The translations under genes were made by a program, and so were the position numbers. Shown here one piece after another: positions 38,961 through 53,201 of a stretch of DNA of 64,000 nucleotides (the first letter of the stretch is position 1; every line of letters starts with the position of its first letter). Under the pieces are notes generated by a model. That model was not told the origin of the DNA, made no database searches, and saw nothing but the letters and a program-made list of their open reading frames with translations. Source of the stretch: Octopus sinensis (Eukaryota); assembly GCF_006345805.1 (NCBI RefSeq), contig NC_043011.1, positions 30,578,464-30,642,463 on the forward strand. Direction: 5' to 3'.

Positions 38961-39906
38961 GAAAACATGTTTGTGTGTGTGTGTGTGTGTGCGCATACAT
39001 ATTTGCAAATACATGTGCATGAATATTCGTGTAAGCGAGTCTCTTAAATAACAAGATTAATGGAAATTTTTGGAATCATGAACAAACAGCTCGACATTAA
39101 CCCCGTCCTCGCTTCCATAGAAAAGAAAAAAAATGGGTGGGGAATAAACACTCAACGTATACAAACGCTAAAGAAAATCAAAATAAACGTAAAATAAAAG
39201 CACAACAAAAACAGACACGAACCACCAACTCCCCACCTCCATCACCACCATCTTCCCCGCCACAACCGTCACCACCACCACTACTACTACCATCACCACC
39301 AACTTCACCACCGCCACCACAAATTCCACCACTATATCTCACAGAATAAAAAAAAATGCAGTTATCCAATCAAGATTAAAAGGTAATTATTTCCTCGGAA
39401 TCCAATTTTCGGTAAATGGATTTTACATTATATTCGCACGTTTTTACTGCTTGTCAAATTATAGCTTCACCTAATCTGGTAATGTGTTAAAGTGATGGAA
39501 GCAAGATCTAACTATAAATCCAACTACAACTGGTCGAGGATGGCGACCTGCCTTTTTACAACAGCCATTAACTACTATGATGTGCGTCGTTTTAAGGAAT
39601 GGGCTCACTAGACACTTACCCAGGGAACCAGAGGTCTAGGGGCCACATTTTGAATTATATAATGCTGTGGCTTGCTGTCAGTAAGTAAATACTATAGGGC
39701 CCAGATAATTGATTCGCACAGGGGCTAATAATGGTAAGGTGACCCAGTCTATGATCGTTTCTTCACAACTACTGCTGCTACTACTATTACTACAACCACC
39801 ACCACCACCACCACCACTACTACTACTACAACTGCCACCATCATAACTATAACTACTACCACCACCACTATTACTACCACTATCACCACCACTACCACCA
39901 TCACTA

Positions 39907-39941
<35 letters not shown>

Positions 39942-40757
39942 ACCACTTCTACCACCACCACCACTACTATTACTACTACTACCACCCCCACCACTACCAC
40001 TATCACCATACTACTACTACAAACACCACCACTACTTCTACTATAACCACCACCACCATTACTATTAACCCTTCTTTTTGCCGGTATTTGTCCGGGGTCA
40101 TCATCAATCACTCAGCTTCTTTCTTGAGCCAATCGATTTATTTTCATACCCCAGAATACTGGGGTATCTCCTTTGGTTGGGTATCTTAAATGACTATTGG
40201 TAATGCTTTGACAGCGTGAAATATCTTTTCTTTTCCTAGTTAAAATATAGACTTTCTCTACGGACTCACCCTGTCCAGATAGTAGTAAGCGTACGCACAC
40301 ATACAAAACGTGCACACATGTGCTGCTTGGCAATCCGTTATAGGCTCACTCCGAAGTTCCAATCCCCGTGTATCCCTATGTGTTTCTATCTAAGAAAAGA
40401 TGTAATATCTGCTTCAGTATCGAATCGTGTATTTTTCGGTTTTAAATTTCATCAAAAAACACCAATAGCATAACATCAAACACACACACACACCACACAC
40501 ATACACGCACGCACACACTATCAAAGAGAGCAAGTGTTTCGCAATTACACAGAATCATTCCTTTGTGGAAACGAATAAAATAATATCCATCAGCTTAGAG
40601 GAATTAACTTAAACAGAGACACTGTTATATAAAAAATATCTACACCGTTCCTGTTGAATATCCAGGCAATATCGTGGTTATAGTCAATGAAAACCAAATG
40701 TATATTTTAATTTTTCAACAGCAAAGAATCGAGCGTATATAGTCGAGGGCTCTAAGA

Positions 40758-41410
40758 GGGGATTTCAGCTTGTACGCTGGTCCGGGACGCGAAAAGTTTT
40801 TCCACTAGAGTTCCGGACCCCAGTTATGAACTCATTTGCATACAGCCAATCAGAGCTCAACTATCAAACTAGTTTATGGGTGCATAAAGTGACGGACGAT
40901 AAGATAAGGTCACTTGGGTAAGGAATGATCATGCTTCTTTCCGCTTGTCGTTTTTGTTCTTGTTTCAACCATGGCTACCTCTGCGTAATTATTTGTGTTG
41001 TTGCTTACTTTGTAAAACAGGAAGAGAAGAGGGTGGTTAGTACATCACCCTCAACCCACATTTTTCCTATCCACCATATGAGGGCCAAACAAAATCTGAT
41101 AATAGGTATATACACAAATCTATCTAATTACTTGTCTCCTAAAATTAGGCACAGATTGGTGATCGGCCGGCTTACAACACTGTTCTTCGTCTTGAGTTTG
41201 TCTGGTAGAGTGTGTTTTACCAAGAGATTGGTTGATTTTTTTAGCACATTCACGAACGTTATGTTGAGCTTTCTTGACAACAAAGTGAAGGTGAGCTCTG
41301 ATTGGCTGTATGCAGATGAGTTCAGAACTGGAGTTCGGAACTCTCGCGGGGAAAAAATTTCGCGTCCGGGACCCAATGACCAACGAAGCGCTTGTAACTG
41401 AAAGACACCT
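40758..41410. mobile_element. Non-autonomous DNA-transposon-like element with ~100-bp TIRs
   Basis: 40763-40859 is an imperfect inverse of 41292-41404; no transposase or TSD recognised. Confidence 0.6.
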
Positions 41411-41971
41411 CCCTGGAGAAAAATACCTCGCAGCTCTCAAATTTATTGTTTCGGAAAGAAGTCGTGTTCTGTCCTGCAAAACGTCTTTTATTCATATAAT
41501 TTGCCACAAGGGCATTACATAGAAGGGAAGCTGCGGGCTGGACATTTACATTAATGAGATGAAATGATAAACGAAATTATGATTTTAATGAGAGGAGCAA
41601 AACGACACCCGCCGATCGAAGCCCCTCGAGAACACTGTGCTTTTTTTCTTTTTTCTTTTTATTTAAAAAACAAAAAAAACAACACACAAATGAGGTAATG
41701 AACCTCTTACATAAATTGAGACGCTGAACCTCTTACCAATCGCCCCCGATCAAATCTCTTGCCGCCTGCAGGCAATCCCGCATCAGCAAGTCGGGGACTC
41801 AGAAGAGATAATTGTAATTCTCCATGAAAGGGAATCCATTATTTGGAAAATATCACTTTCTTCCATTACCAGCGCAACCACCTGCGAAGGCCAATCTGGA
41901 CTATTCCTGCAAAACTTCTAATGGAGGCTCTGTATAATCTCTTAATATATCATTAAAAAAAAAAAAGAAAA

Positions 41972-42184
41972 AGGCGGCGAGCAGGCAGAATCGTTGGCAC
42001 GCCGGACAAAATACTTTGCGGCGTTTCATCCGTCTTTACGTTCCGAGTTCAAATCTGCCGAGGCTGACTTTACCTTTCGTCCTCTCGAAATGGATAAAAT
42101 AAGCACCAGTTGACCCCAGGGGTCCATGTAATCGACTTACCCGTACCCCGAACTTGCTAGCTTTGTGTCAAAATGTGAAACCAA
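41972..42184 (+). mobile_element. SINE family C
   Basis: Head and core. Confidence 0.82.
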
Positions 42185-42891
42185 CACATCATTCAAAGTA
42201 ATAATATAGTACGGGAAATAAACGGGAAAAAATCTACGAAGTACCAACCAACTGTTTATCGATTGCTTGCGAACTCGATCTAGTGCAAATCGATAAAGAA
42301 CTTGTAAAGTTGAACAAAATTATATTTTAGGCACACATATTCCTCAGTTATACCGGGAATTATTTTTTTATGCATCTGACTTAGTGGTTTCTTTCTGAGC
42401 GTATCGTTTATTTTGTGAAACAGATGAACAGCCATATGCAACCAATTAATTTTTTAGCTCTTTTTGATTTGTGGTTGGCTTACAGACACAACTATTTTGT
42501 CTGGAGACTCGAGGTGTACAGTTGTTTTATTTTCATATACCTAGCTGTTGTTTTTGAATAACTGTTTGGGTAAATTATAGTCTTTAACTTGATAGCTTTC
42601 ATCCTTGTTGAACTTTCTCGCTAATTTGTTTGTAAAAATAAAATGATTGAAAGTACAACCGAAATATCTTTATGCTTAACTACCGTTCGACAGGCTTTTG
42701 CACATTCTTATTGATATTATAATCGTTCCAGACTTCTAGGAATCACTTTTGCTGGATGAACGATTTTTTCACAATTTTTCTATATACAATTATTAATTTG
42801 TGCCGCATACAAGGAGCTGTGTATGCTCTGTTGACTCCTTACTTCCAGATGACTGAAGAAGGAGAATGAGAACGTCCATGTATATATGTAT

Positions 42892-42931
<40 letters not shown>

Positions 42932-43089
42932 TTATGTATATATATTCGTCCAATGCAGTGTAGCAATTTAAGCCTTAAATGGCACGTACAAAATATACAT
43001 ACTTAAATACACACACACACATGTGTACATGTGTGTTGATAGCGTCTATGTTTTTCTTATTCCCGTTCTTTAATATGAAACGGTATTAT

Positions 43090-43410
43090 AAGGCGGTGAG
43101 CTGGCAGAATCGTTAACGCGCTAGAAAAAACAATGCTTAACGGCATTCCGAATTTACGTTCTGGGTTCAAATTCTACCGGGGTCGACTTTGCCTTTCATC
43201 ATTTTGAAGTCGATAAAACAAGTGCCAGTTGAGCACTGGGGTCGATGTAATCCACCTACCCCCTTCCCCCAAACTTGCTGGCCTTGTGCCAAAAATTTGA
43301 AACCGATATTAAACCAGTGAGCTGGAAGAATCGTTAGCGCAGGGATCAATGTGATTGACTTAGCCACTCCCCAAAAATTGCTGGATTTGTGTTAAAATTT
43401 GAACCCTGTA
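43090..43410 (+). mobile_element. SINE family C plus partial second unit
   Basis: Head and core; ATGAAACGGTATTAT on both sides (probable TSD). Confidence 0.82.
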
Positions 43411-43980
43411 TGAAACGGTATTATTATTGGCGTTATCGATCTCTTTACTCTATATAAAACCCCTACTGATTTTTAATTTATTGTATTTTAATTTTGTTTG
43501 CCTCTTGTACTATTTGATTTACTTCGGAAGCCCCCTAGTCAATAACAAAAATCCTTATCAAGCTGTGCTATGCTCATTATCGAGGCAATTCCCACGCAGC
43601 GAGTGCAATCAGTCGCTGTAACATAATAACGTAGATATCACTGGACAGAATCGGTTGGCTGCCGTAAGCTAACGAAACATTGCAAGATTAAAATTTGTTT
43701 TGTTGCACACGTGATACAAGGCGAGTTCCTGTTCTCTTAATGATCTAGTAGACATGCTGCTGCTGCTGCTGCTAGTGCTACAAATGGTGATGATGTAGAT
43801 ATTGGTGATGGTATCGGTGGTGATAGCGACGGCGTTGCTTGTAATGGTTACGATGAAGATGATAGTGATCATGATTATGATTTTGTCATGATTTAACAGA
43901 ATCGGTAGCCAAACGGACAAAGAGCCCTGTTGTGTTAAATTTTTTTTTCTGAGTTCAAATCCCACCGAAGTCAACTTTCC

Positions 43981-44219
43981 TGAATATTTTCGATCCAAAA
44001 TTTCTACACAGATATATTAGGGGCAGGCGTGACTTTGTGGTAAGGTTGCTTCCTAACCACATAGTTTCGGGTTCAATCCCACTGCGTGGAACCTTGGGCA
44101 AATGCTTTCTACTCTAGCATCGGGCCGACCAAAGCCTTGTGAGTAGATTTGATAGAGGGAAACTGAAAGAAGCCCGTCGTATATATATATAATATATATA
44201 TATATTATATATATATATA

Positions 44220-44259
<40 letters not shown>

Positions 44260-45483
44260 TTATGTGTTGTGTGTGTGTGTGTTTATGTGTTGTGTGTGTG
44301 TGCGTGTTTGTCTTTATGTCTGTGTTTGTCTCCCTATCACCGCTTGACAACCGGTGTTGGTGTTTTTAAATTCCTGTAACTTAGTAGTTTGGCAACAGAC
44401 CGATAGAATAAATACTAGGTTTAAAAAATAAGTCCTGGGATCGATTTGTTTTACTAAAACTCTTCAAGGCGGTGCTCCAGCATGGCCGTGGTCAAATGAT
44501 TGAAACAAGTAATAGAATAAGATAATAAAGAGTATAATTTTTCAGACTGATTATGAAAACCATTTGCACTTTTGGAGGAATTAATAATAAAAAAGCTCTG
44601 AAACCTTAAAGATTTAATATTTTGGAATTTCAGCCAATGAGAAGCGAACCACTGGTTTTCGGCAATGCATGTCGCACGAGTCGAGAGGTGTTACTGTATG
44701 CTGTAATATGTCGCAATACCGATTAATTTGGAGGAATACGTCTCAGAGTCGGTTCTATCGTGATCCACTGTATGTGGAGACTTGTGGCGAGCCTATTCCT
44801 ATATTCTTGAGATGCGAGACTATGTTCTTCGGTATAGAACAGTGAAACACGGCATCGAATTTGTCAACTCAGCAGATGGAATCCACACGCAACTAGTTGA
44901 ACGTAATTGGAACTACTTTATAGATAAATAGTGCCGTGGTATTCATCGTTTTATGATTGACTCATACCTCCGCGAGTTTATACGGTGGTACAGACACAAA
45001 TATTGTGACCTCTTTCAGAAAATGCTGCAATACATCGCCAAATTTCAGTTTTCAAAACTTCTTTGTTGCTTTGTTTCATTTTCATAATTTGTTCTCTGTT
45101 TTTTTTTTGTTTTTTTTATCATTCATTAACTATTTTTCATCGTTAATGATTATGTAACAACTTTGTTATTAATTCCTGACAAAACAACGAATAATCAAAA
45201 ACGAAAGCAAAAACAAACTATAACGAGGGGCAAAGGTCTCCAAAAAACAAAACAAAAAATTTTAGAGACAATATGCGTGTCGAGAATGGTTGCATTTCAT
45301 TGGCTGAAATACCAAAATATTTCAATATTTAAGCGTTAATAGCATTTTTCTATTCTTTTTATTTTTAATTTCCCTTCAAATGATTTTCGTAATTAGAGTA
45401 AAAAAAAAACTACATCTCTGTGGAAATTTTCTAAAAATTTGTATCTGGTGTGTCATATGAAAAAATTCACTTTTTCATTTACC
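43981..45483 (+). mobile_element. Merlin (IS1016/ISXO2-like) transposon remnant; left TIR interrupted by a SINE
   Basis: 44773-45000 encodes DLWRAY..YRTVKH..EFVN..G IHTQLVERNW..DSYLREF; long imperfect TIRs (44535-44655 vs 45288-45410); right end ...TTTACC. Confidence 0.8.
44022..44533 (+). mobile_element. SINE family A (older copy)
   Basis: Diverged match to family A. Confidence 0.85.
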
Positions 45484-45549
45484 TTTCAGAAATCGATAAA
45501 ATAAAATATTAATCAAGTACTGTATATAATCATTTTGTTCGATTGTTTT

Positions 45550-45584
<35 letters not shown>

Positions 45585-45678
45585 AAATAAATCTTTGATA
45601 TTACACGTTTACTTAATCACTGTTATATTATATGGTTATTTTACTTGGTTATGAATTTGGTTATTTGGTTATGTACAC

Positions 45679-45748
<70 letters not shown>

Positions 45749-45894
45749 CTTATAAATAAGGGCAAACGAAAAAATTTCTAATGCCAAATATGTCGAAATT
45801 AGACACCCTGTCCATAACCATATAATTTTTCACAATACGCACGCTACTCAAAAACAGTTCGACAGAAATCTCTAAAAAATTTCATTATTAGCAT

Positions 45895-45945
45895 ATCGGA
45901 CCGATTTCAGGGTTAGTTCGTAAGAACCCTTCCTTCGTCAGTGAT
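45895..45945 (-). ncRNA. Type I hammerhead motif, slightly decayed
   Basis: Minus strand ATCA-CTGACGA-agga-AGGGTT...AACCCT-GAAA-TCG-GTC-CGAT. Confidence 0.55.
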
Positions 45946-46168
45946 AAATGTGGCAAAGAAATAAATGAGATACTTACTCATACCCATGGAAGAAGCAAAC
46001 ACTAAGTCATGAGCACAACTAAGTACCCCAAATAGATCCACAATAGAAATTCTCTTTTGGATGTATTTGGAGTACTTAGTTGTTTATAAATTTAACCTTT
46101 AAAAGTATTTTTTAATAAGCTGGCCATTGATAAAATTTTTATTTTTAGAAAAAATGTTATCCTACATT

Positions 46169-46212
<44 letters not shown>

Positions 46213-46217
<5 letters not shown>

Positions 46218-46374
46218 GTTATACAATGGGAAATTACTGTGTTATAACTCTGCTTGCCTGCGTACTTATACATCGCGAAAAATGCGAGTGAAGATGTGTA
46301 CGTTTACATAGCGATGTATAAGTACGCAGGCAAGTAGAGTTATAACACAGTAATTTCCCTTTGAATAACGGTAT
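46213..46374. repeat. Inverted repeat, ~63-bp arms, directly upstream of a hammerhead
   Basis: ATACCGTTAT...ATACATCGC / GCGATGTAT...ATAACGGTAT. Confidence 0.9.
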
Positions 46375-46400
46375 TTTTTCATGGCGTTTTCAAATAGCCA

Positions 46401-46461
46401 GATAACCGAAGAGATGGCGTTGTGGATTCCCACTTCGGCATCTGAAACTCAGAGTTTTATC
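46401..46461 (+). ncRNA. Type I hammerhead motif (CCGAAGA core variant), same family as 13825
   Basis: GATAA-CCGAAGA-GATG...CATC-t-GAAA-CTCAGA-GTT-TTATC. Confidence 0.62.
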
Positions 46462-46583
46462 TTGACTATCGAGTAATGTAACATATTATTTTATAGATGA
46501 ATTTCCTCTATTCACATAATATTGAGGTCTCTTTCTTTCTTTCTTTTGTTATCTTACCGTTTTACCAATATATATATATATAT

Positions 46584-46728
46584 AACAATTGCAGCGTGGA
46601 AGGTGTTTATAAGCCATTTAAGAAACACACAAAAGCCGTTCGATTCACTTCAACATTTAAGAAGTGAATCGAACGGCTTTTGTGTGTTTCTTAAATGGCT
46701 TATAAACACCTTCCACGCTGCAATTGTT
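46584..46728. repeat. Perfect hairpin, ~68-bp arms and 9-nt loop; family member at 58669-58825
   Basis: AACAATTGCAGCG...GATTCACTTC-aacatttaa-GAAGTGAATC...CGCTGCAATTGTT. Confidence 0.92.
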
Positions 46729-46971
46729 TTCGTTTCAGCACACGATCTCAGATCAAATTACTTGCTATGCGAGTACATCTCCGTAATATATATATATATA
46801 TATATATATAGCATAAAATATTTATAAGAATTTATCAAGTAGTTACGAAATCATATGATATGCAGCTGAGTCTGTTTTTAAGAAGATCGCTTCGATAGTT
46901 GCATTCCTTCGCATTCGGTACAATGTGGTTATTACAGTAGTTTTGACTTAGTCCCTCGTAGCGTATGTATG

Positions 46972-47074
<103 letters not shown>

Positions 47075-47194
47075 TGTATGTATGTATGCATGCATACGAT
47101 TATTTTATGTGCATTTGCGTTTGTATGCATATAAGTGGTTATATGTGTCCGTGTTTGTGTGTGAGAGAGTGATAATGAGTGCGCATGTGTGTGT

Positions 47195-47240
<46 letters not shown>

Positions 47241-47566
47241 GTTAATTGCACCCTACTTCGGACTTGTACACTGAATTGGCTTGACGAAAGTTCGTTGGCA
47301 TTTCTCTACTTCATAGCATTGTGTGACTAAGCGTGTAATGTTGATGATACTCTGCCGCCTCTAATTCACGCAGCCTTCACACATACAAGCATACAATCCA
47401 ACAAAAATGTACAGATACATAAACAAAACCATATATACACACGTATATACGCCTATAATACACACGGTGAAAAGTTTGGCGAAAATTTCTAGTCACGTTT
47501 GTTAGTTAATTTACAAAAGATATATAGATCTGAATACTAAACACTGAATACATATATATACAGACA

Positions 47567-47605
<39 letters not shown>

Positions 47606-47624
47606 TTTTCGGTGTCTATTTCCA

Positions 47625-48520
47625 TTGTGTAGAGAGGATGCTTCCGAGTTAAGGAAACTGGTTAACATGTTCCTGGAGTGTATAGGAGACAGTGATGTTG
47701 AAATTGGCAAGGATTGTGTTTGGAGCAAGTTGTGCAAGTATTTTGGTCTTCTGGATGTTGATTGTCAGACCGAAGTGATCATATGCCTTTTTGAAGTTCT
47801 TGATAGATTCCAGCAAGGAATTTCTTGGTGTATGGCAGTAAGGTACATGGAGAACAGGATCCGAGCTGCCCATGTCGCTTTTGGAAAACTCTTTTGGTGT
47901 GCCTTTGAAAACAAGGACCTGAAACTACAAACTAAACACACGGTATATAAGCTGTGGTCGTTTCCACCTTATTCTATGGTTGTGAGACGTGAATCTTGTA
48001 CCACTGGGATGTTCGAAAACTGGAGAGATTTCATTTACAAAAACTGCGGTATCTTATCAACATGAAATAGGATGACTATGTCAACAACCTTGCAGTAATT
48101 GAATGGGCCAACACCAACAGTATTGAGGCTATCACCACCAAGCATCGCTTCGCATGGTCATGCCATGTCCACCGTATAAAGAGTACTGGACTGCGACATC
48201 AAGCCCTCTACAACGAAATTAAACCACAGATCACACAGGATTCCCAAAGACCAATTGACACAGACAATGACCATAAATCCTGGGAGCAATGCGCAGAAAA
48301 CAGAACAGCGTCGTATCACACCATCAACACTGGCATAGAACATTTTGAAGGACATCGTCGAAGGAATGAAGAAAGTAAACGGTGACGATGAAAGACCAAC
48401 CAACTTCAGCAAAAGCTTCTACCGTCCGTCAAATGTGACCTGTGTGAGATTATTGTTCCACACGAAAATCGATTTTGTCAGCCAAGAGAAGCACCGACAT
48501 AAAGGAGGAAATAAAAACGA
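47625..48520 (+). pseudogene. RTE-clade LINE RT C-terminal remnant
   Basis: FGL...TEV, ENRIRAAHVAFGKL, LFYGCET, KLERFH, SIEAI..KHR..W..HV motifs with frameshifts. Confidence 0.8.
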
Positions 48521-48567
48521 AGAATGAAATAATCAGAGACGAAGAGGAACTGGCAACTTCGCCGCAA

Positions 48568-48800
48568 CGGCGAGCTGGCAGAAACGTTAGCACGCCGGGC
48601 GAAATGCTTAGCGGTATTTCGACTGCCGTTACGTTGTGAGTTCAAATTCCGCCGAGGTCGACTTTGCCTTTCATCCTTTCGCGGTCGATAAATTAAGTAC
48701 TAGTTACGCACTGGGGTTGATGTAATCGATTTAGTACCTATGTCTGTCCTTGTTTGTCCCCTCTGTGTTTAGCCCCTTGTGGGTAATAAAGAAATAGGTA
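48568..48800 (+). mobile_element. SINE family C
   Basis: Head, core and GCCCCTTGTGGG tail. Confidence 0.88.
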
Positions 48801-49036
48801 TGATTGTGTGTGTGTGTGTGTGTGTGCGCGTGCGTTAAAGTCTGTGTGTGTGTATGTATATATGTATGTATGTATGTATATAACACAAACTTAAATATCG
48901 TTTAAAGTTTCTCTATTAGGGAAGCATGTGCCCTTAACATGAGCAAGACCACGGAGACTAGTGCGTTAAATGAAGTTTCAGTTCCGCTTGAACATCGTAA
49001 GACCAAGCCAGCTGGAAAAAAAGCGGGTGAGAATAA

Positions 49037-49252
49037 TATTGGTTTCAATCTTTGGCACAAAACCAACAATTTTGGGGTAGGAGTAAGTCGATTGCATTGA
49101 CTCCAGTGTTCAACTGGTATTTATTTTACCGACTTCGAAAGGATGAAAAGGTAAAGTCGACCTCGGCGGAATTTGAACTTAGAACATAAAAACAGACAAA
49201 ATATTGTCAAGCATTTTGTCCGGTGTGCTTACGTTTCTGCCAGTTTGTCGCC
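49037..49252 (-). mobile_element. SINE family C
   Basis: Reverse complement; inverted relative to 48568-48800. Confidence 0.82.
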
Positions 49253-50010
49253 AATGTTGACTAGTAACTGGTGAAACGCATGGGGAGTTGAAGTGCAGTA
49301 GAGTTGAGGAGTGGGTAGTGACAACTGTTCCATATTTTCTTAGGCAGAAGTGATGTTCAACTACCTAATTTGAATAGAGGTCAAGAGAAACATGGGCAGT
49401 TTTAGTAGCGTCAGAAAAAGAAGAATGAAATGATAGGGTCATCTGTGAATAGGAGAGCGCTTTTTTTTTTGCTGTTGTTTAACCTCAGCTTAAGTGTAGT
49501 CGAGCAGATCTAACGTCAATGGCCTTCCAGCAATCATAAAATTGTCTTTTTTTATTTTCAGAAAATCAAGGTTACATTTAAGAGTCTTTCTTAAGACGGT
49601 AGAGTGAGATTTGAAACAGATTTTTGCTCCTACTTACAGTAGATCGAGTGACTAGTCAGTATATCAATGTGTGAAGCTATAGATAAATATATACCACTCA
49701 AATCTTCGGTATGCTGCGGTTTATGTCTTGCGAAAAAGAAAGAAGGAAAAACTTTGTTTAATCACATGTACGATGAATTCACTCAAGAAAAGAATGTTAT
49801 AATTCTAAGGTGGCGAAATTTTTCGACGTCTATAACGAAAGCAGTAATAGATTGAACAGAGAGCTGGGAGAAAGGTAAACAGAAAAATTGAAAAGGAAGA
49901 ACTGTCTGGAAAATGCAGCAGGATTTTAAATATTTAATTGAATTTCCGAACTTAATTCGGAGAACCATTGGAAATAATCATCCGTTTGACAAACTGTCAC
50001 GAATCCTTTT

Positions 50011-50082
<72 letters not shown>

Positions 50083-50106
50083 GATGATGATGATGATGAT
50101 GATAAA

Positions 50107-50170
<64 letters not shown>

Positions 50171-50936
50171 GACTCAAAGCAGAAACAGAGTGATTTTTAA
50201 TTGCAGCACAAGACCAAAGCCTCCCCACCAGAAATTACCAAAAACATGTAATGAAAAGAAATATAACAAGTAACTGCAGAATATGTGGAGATGGACAAGA
50301 AACAATAAATCATATTATCTCTAGCTGCCCAGTCCTGGCTAAGAAGGAATATATTCACAGACATGACAGAGTTGGAACCTACATACATTGGAAGCTATGC
50401 CAACATTATGGAATAACAACAGAAAAAGATAGTATAGGCACACACCAGAAAAGGTCACAGAAAACGAGAAAGCAACCATACTCTGGGATATGCCGATACA
50501 CACAGATAGAGAAATTAGGCCAACAGACCAGATATAGTTGTCAGAGATCATGAAGAAAAAAAATGCTTTCTAATTGATGTATCAATACCGGCTGATGACA
50601 ACGTGTCTCTAAAAGAAATGGAGAAACTCTCAAAATACAAAGACCTGGAAATAGAGGTAACTAGAATGTGGAATCTGAAAACAGAAACAATTCCTATCAT
50701 AGTAGGTGCATTAGGCATGATAAAAAAATATTCAGACAAATACATAACAAAAACACCAGGACTTACAAACACATATAACATACAGAAAATTGCACTACTA
50801 GGCACTGCACACATCCTACGCAGAACACTTTCCATACAATAACCATCAGAGCATCACAACAAATCACAGCACATACCCAAGGCACACAGAGCTGTGCTCG
50901 GTAGTGAAGTGAAAGCACGCTATAAAAATAAAACTA

Positions 50937-50940
<4 letters not shown>
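50171..50940 (+). pseudogene. 5'-truncated R4/Dong-like LINE in (TAA)n
   Basis: IAAQDQSL, CRICG..ETINHIISSC, RHD, RPDIV, IDVSIP, KYKDL, PIIVGALG, TAHILRRTL; (TAA)n on both sides. Confidence 0.92.
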
Positions 50941-51016
<76 letters not shown>

Positions 51017-51017
<1 letters not shown>

Positions 51018-51700
51018 GATATGTAAAGGTGGACGTGGACTGATTAGCGCACGGGAGTTCAACAACATTGAAAGAAGAAATGTGGCAGAATATTTGGTGA
51101 ACAGCAAACGAGAACTGCTACATTATACTACTAGTGCAGAAGGATTCAACAAAATTGGACTTGAGTATGCTCGTGAATTTCGATCAAGAACAGCCAACGA
51201 GAGAGAAGAAGCCCTACTCCGTACGGAATTACATGGTCAGTTCCACCGTAAAACCAACAAATTAAAAGACCAGGGAGCATCCTGGAGTTGGCTCAACAAG
51301 GGTGACATAAAAAAGAATACTAAAAACCTAATCATCGCTGCCCAGGTCCAGGCATTGAATACCAACTCAGTGAAAAAGAATATATACCAAACAAGTGCAA
51401 AGCACCTCTATGGAATGTGTGGGAAGAGGGTTCAAAAGAGTGACTCACATTGTTAGCTTGTGAAAATCATGCGTAGATAGTGTACAAGCGTAGACATAAC
51501 AAGGCGGCCCAAAACCTCCACTGGCTACTATGCCGTAAGTATGGATATGAGGTTACGGGTGCTTGGTACCAACTTACACTGGAGAGATAATGGACGAAAA
51601 GGGGAAGGCAAAATTCCTCTTGGACTTTGATTTCCAGACAGACAGGGCACCAAAGGCCGGATATAGTAACCTTTAGGAGGGACAAACAAGAGTCCCTAAT
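51017..51700 (+). pseudogene. Second, older R4/Dong-like LINE fragment after (TAA)n
   Basis: GGRGL, LHGQF, SWSWLNKG, IIAAQVQALNT, RHN, RPDIV motifs. Confidence 0.82.
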
Positions 51701-52355
51701 AATAATAGGTGAGAGTGTGTGTGCGTGTGTGTGTGTGCAAGCGTGCGTGCGTGCGTATTTCTATGTGTATTTGTGTGTATGTGTATATATGATTGACATA
51801 AGAGAAATAAAACCCAGGGGCATCTGCTGCATGAAAATGTATTGTCAAGTAGACACTAATATGTTTAGAGCCTTTGAATGGTCAGAATGCTATTGGTAAG
51901 TTTTAAATAAAACTGCGACAATAGAAATATCAGTCAACCCCACCACCCTCAAGAGTGAAACGGGAATCTTCTTATTACTTAAAGTCACCTATAATAGAAA
52001 CAATGTATCATAATTTTACTAACTAGATCTACCCAAGAAACATCGAGAGGAGAAATACACCATAATTTAATTAGATTAAAATTAATTAAACAATGTAGTA
52101 GGATGAGTGAGTTTTAGTATTGGGGCTATGGTGTCATAGATCAGACTCACTAATAAATGCTTCGGTTATCTAATTAATTTTACGTAATCAAAACTCTGAG
52201 GTTGTGTCTTGTATCATTCTTGACCATAATTGGTTATTAAGATAATTGTTCCATTCTTCAGAGTAGTTATGATGTTAATTGATTAAAATGTCTTGGCTCG
52301 TTACATAATGTATTTTAAATTGCACCACAAAGCAATATACGTACGTACATATATT

Positions 52356-52412
<57 letters not shown>

Positions 52413-52912
52413 ACATGGTTATATGTATATATCAATAAATATATGCGTGTACATGTATATATTTGTCTATATATACTCATATAATCATCTATTTCTCTAT
52501 CTATTCATCCATCTATCTATGCACGTATCTATCAATTTATCAGTCTATCTATCAACTATGTATGTATATATATATGTATATATATATATATAAGAGAGAG
52601 AGAGAGAGAGAGAGAGAGGGGAGGGAGAGAAACATAATACATACATAGTTGATAAATATTGGTACATTAGATACACTGTCTGACTGACTGACAGATAGAT
52701 AGATAGATTATAGATGATTGTATGTATGTATGTATATATATATATATTATTAGAAGAAATGAGGTAATCAGATCGGATGGTTCATATTTATAGATATTTA
52801 TTTATATATTACATTTTTTACATATATGTATCATATCATTCAGATCATATCATTCGGATTATTAGCGCTTTCTCCCATTCCAGTCGGGTTTTCAAATCAA
52901 ATCAAATATATA

Positions 52913-52953
<41 letters not shown>

Positions 52954-53201
52954 GTGTGTAATTGATAATTTTTCCAAATTAATTAATTTCACCCTTCATT
53001 ATTACGGATAACCATATTTTATCTCAGTAGATGACCACAGCATCTTGTTTTGGCTACACGCGGGTGGGAGGGGCGTTGACACAATCGTTTCATTCACAAA
53101 TTGAATTCGGTGATACAGTTGCGGATTCTAGCTCGCTCTGATACTGAGTGGAGTTGGTGCCTTCTGGTATCTCAAAATTCAAATATAATCATTTATGATT
53201 A

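Noticed and set aside
39580-39750. Possible hAT-like MITE with GGGGCC motifs
   Set aside because: TIRs and TSD too degraded to define
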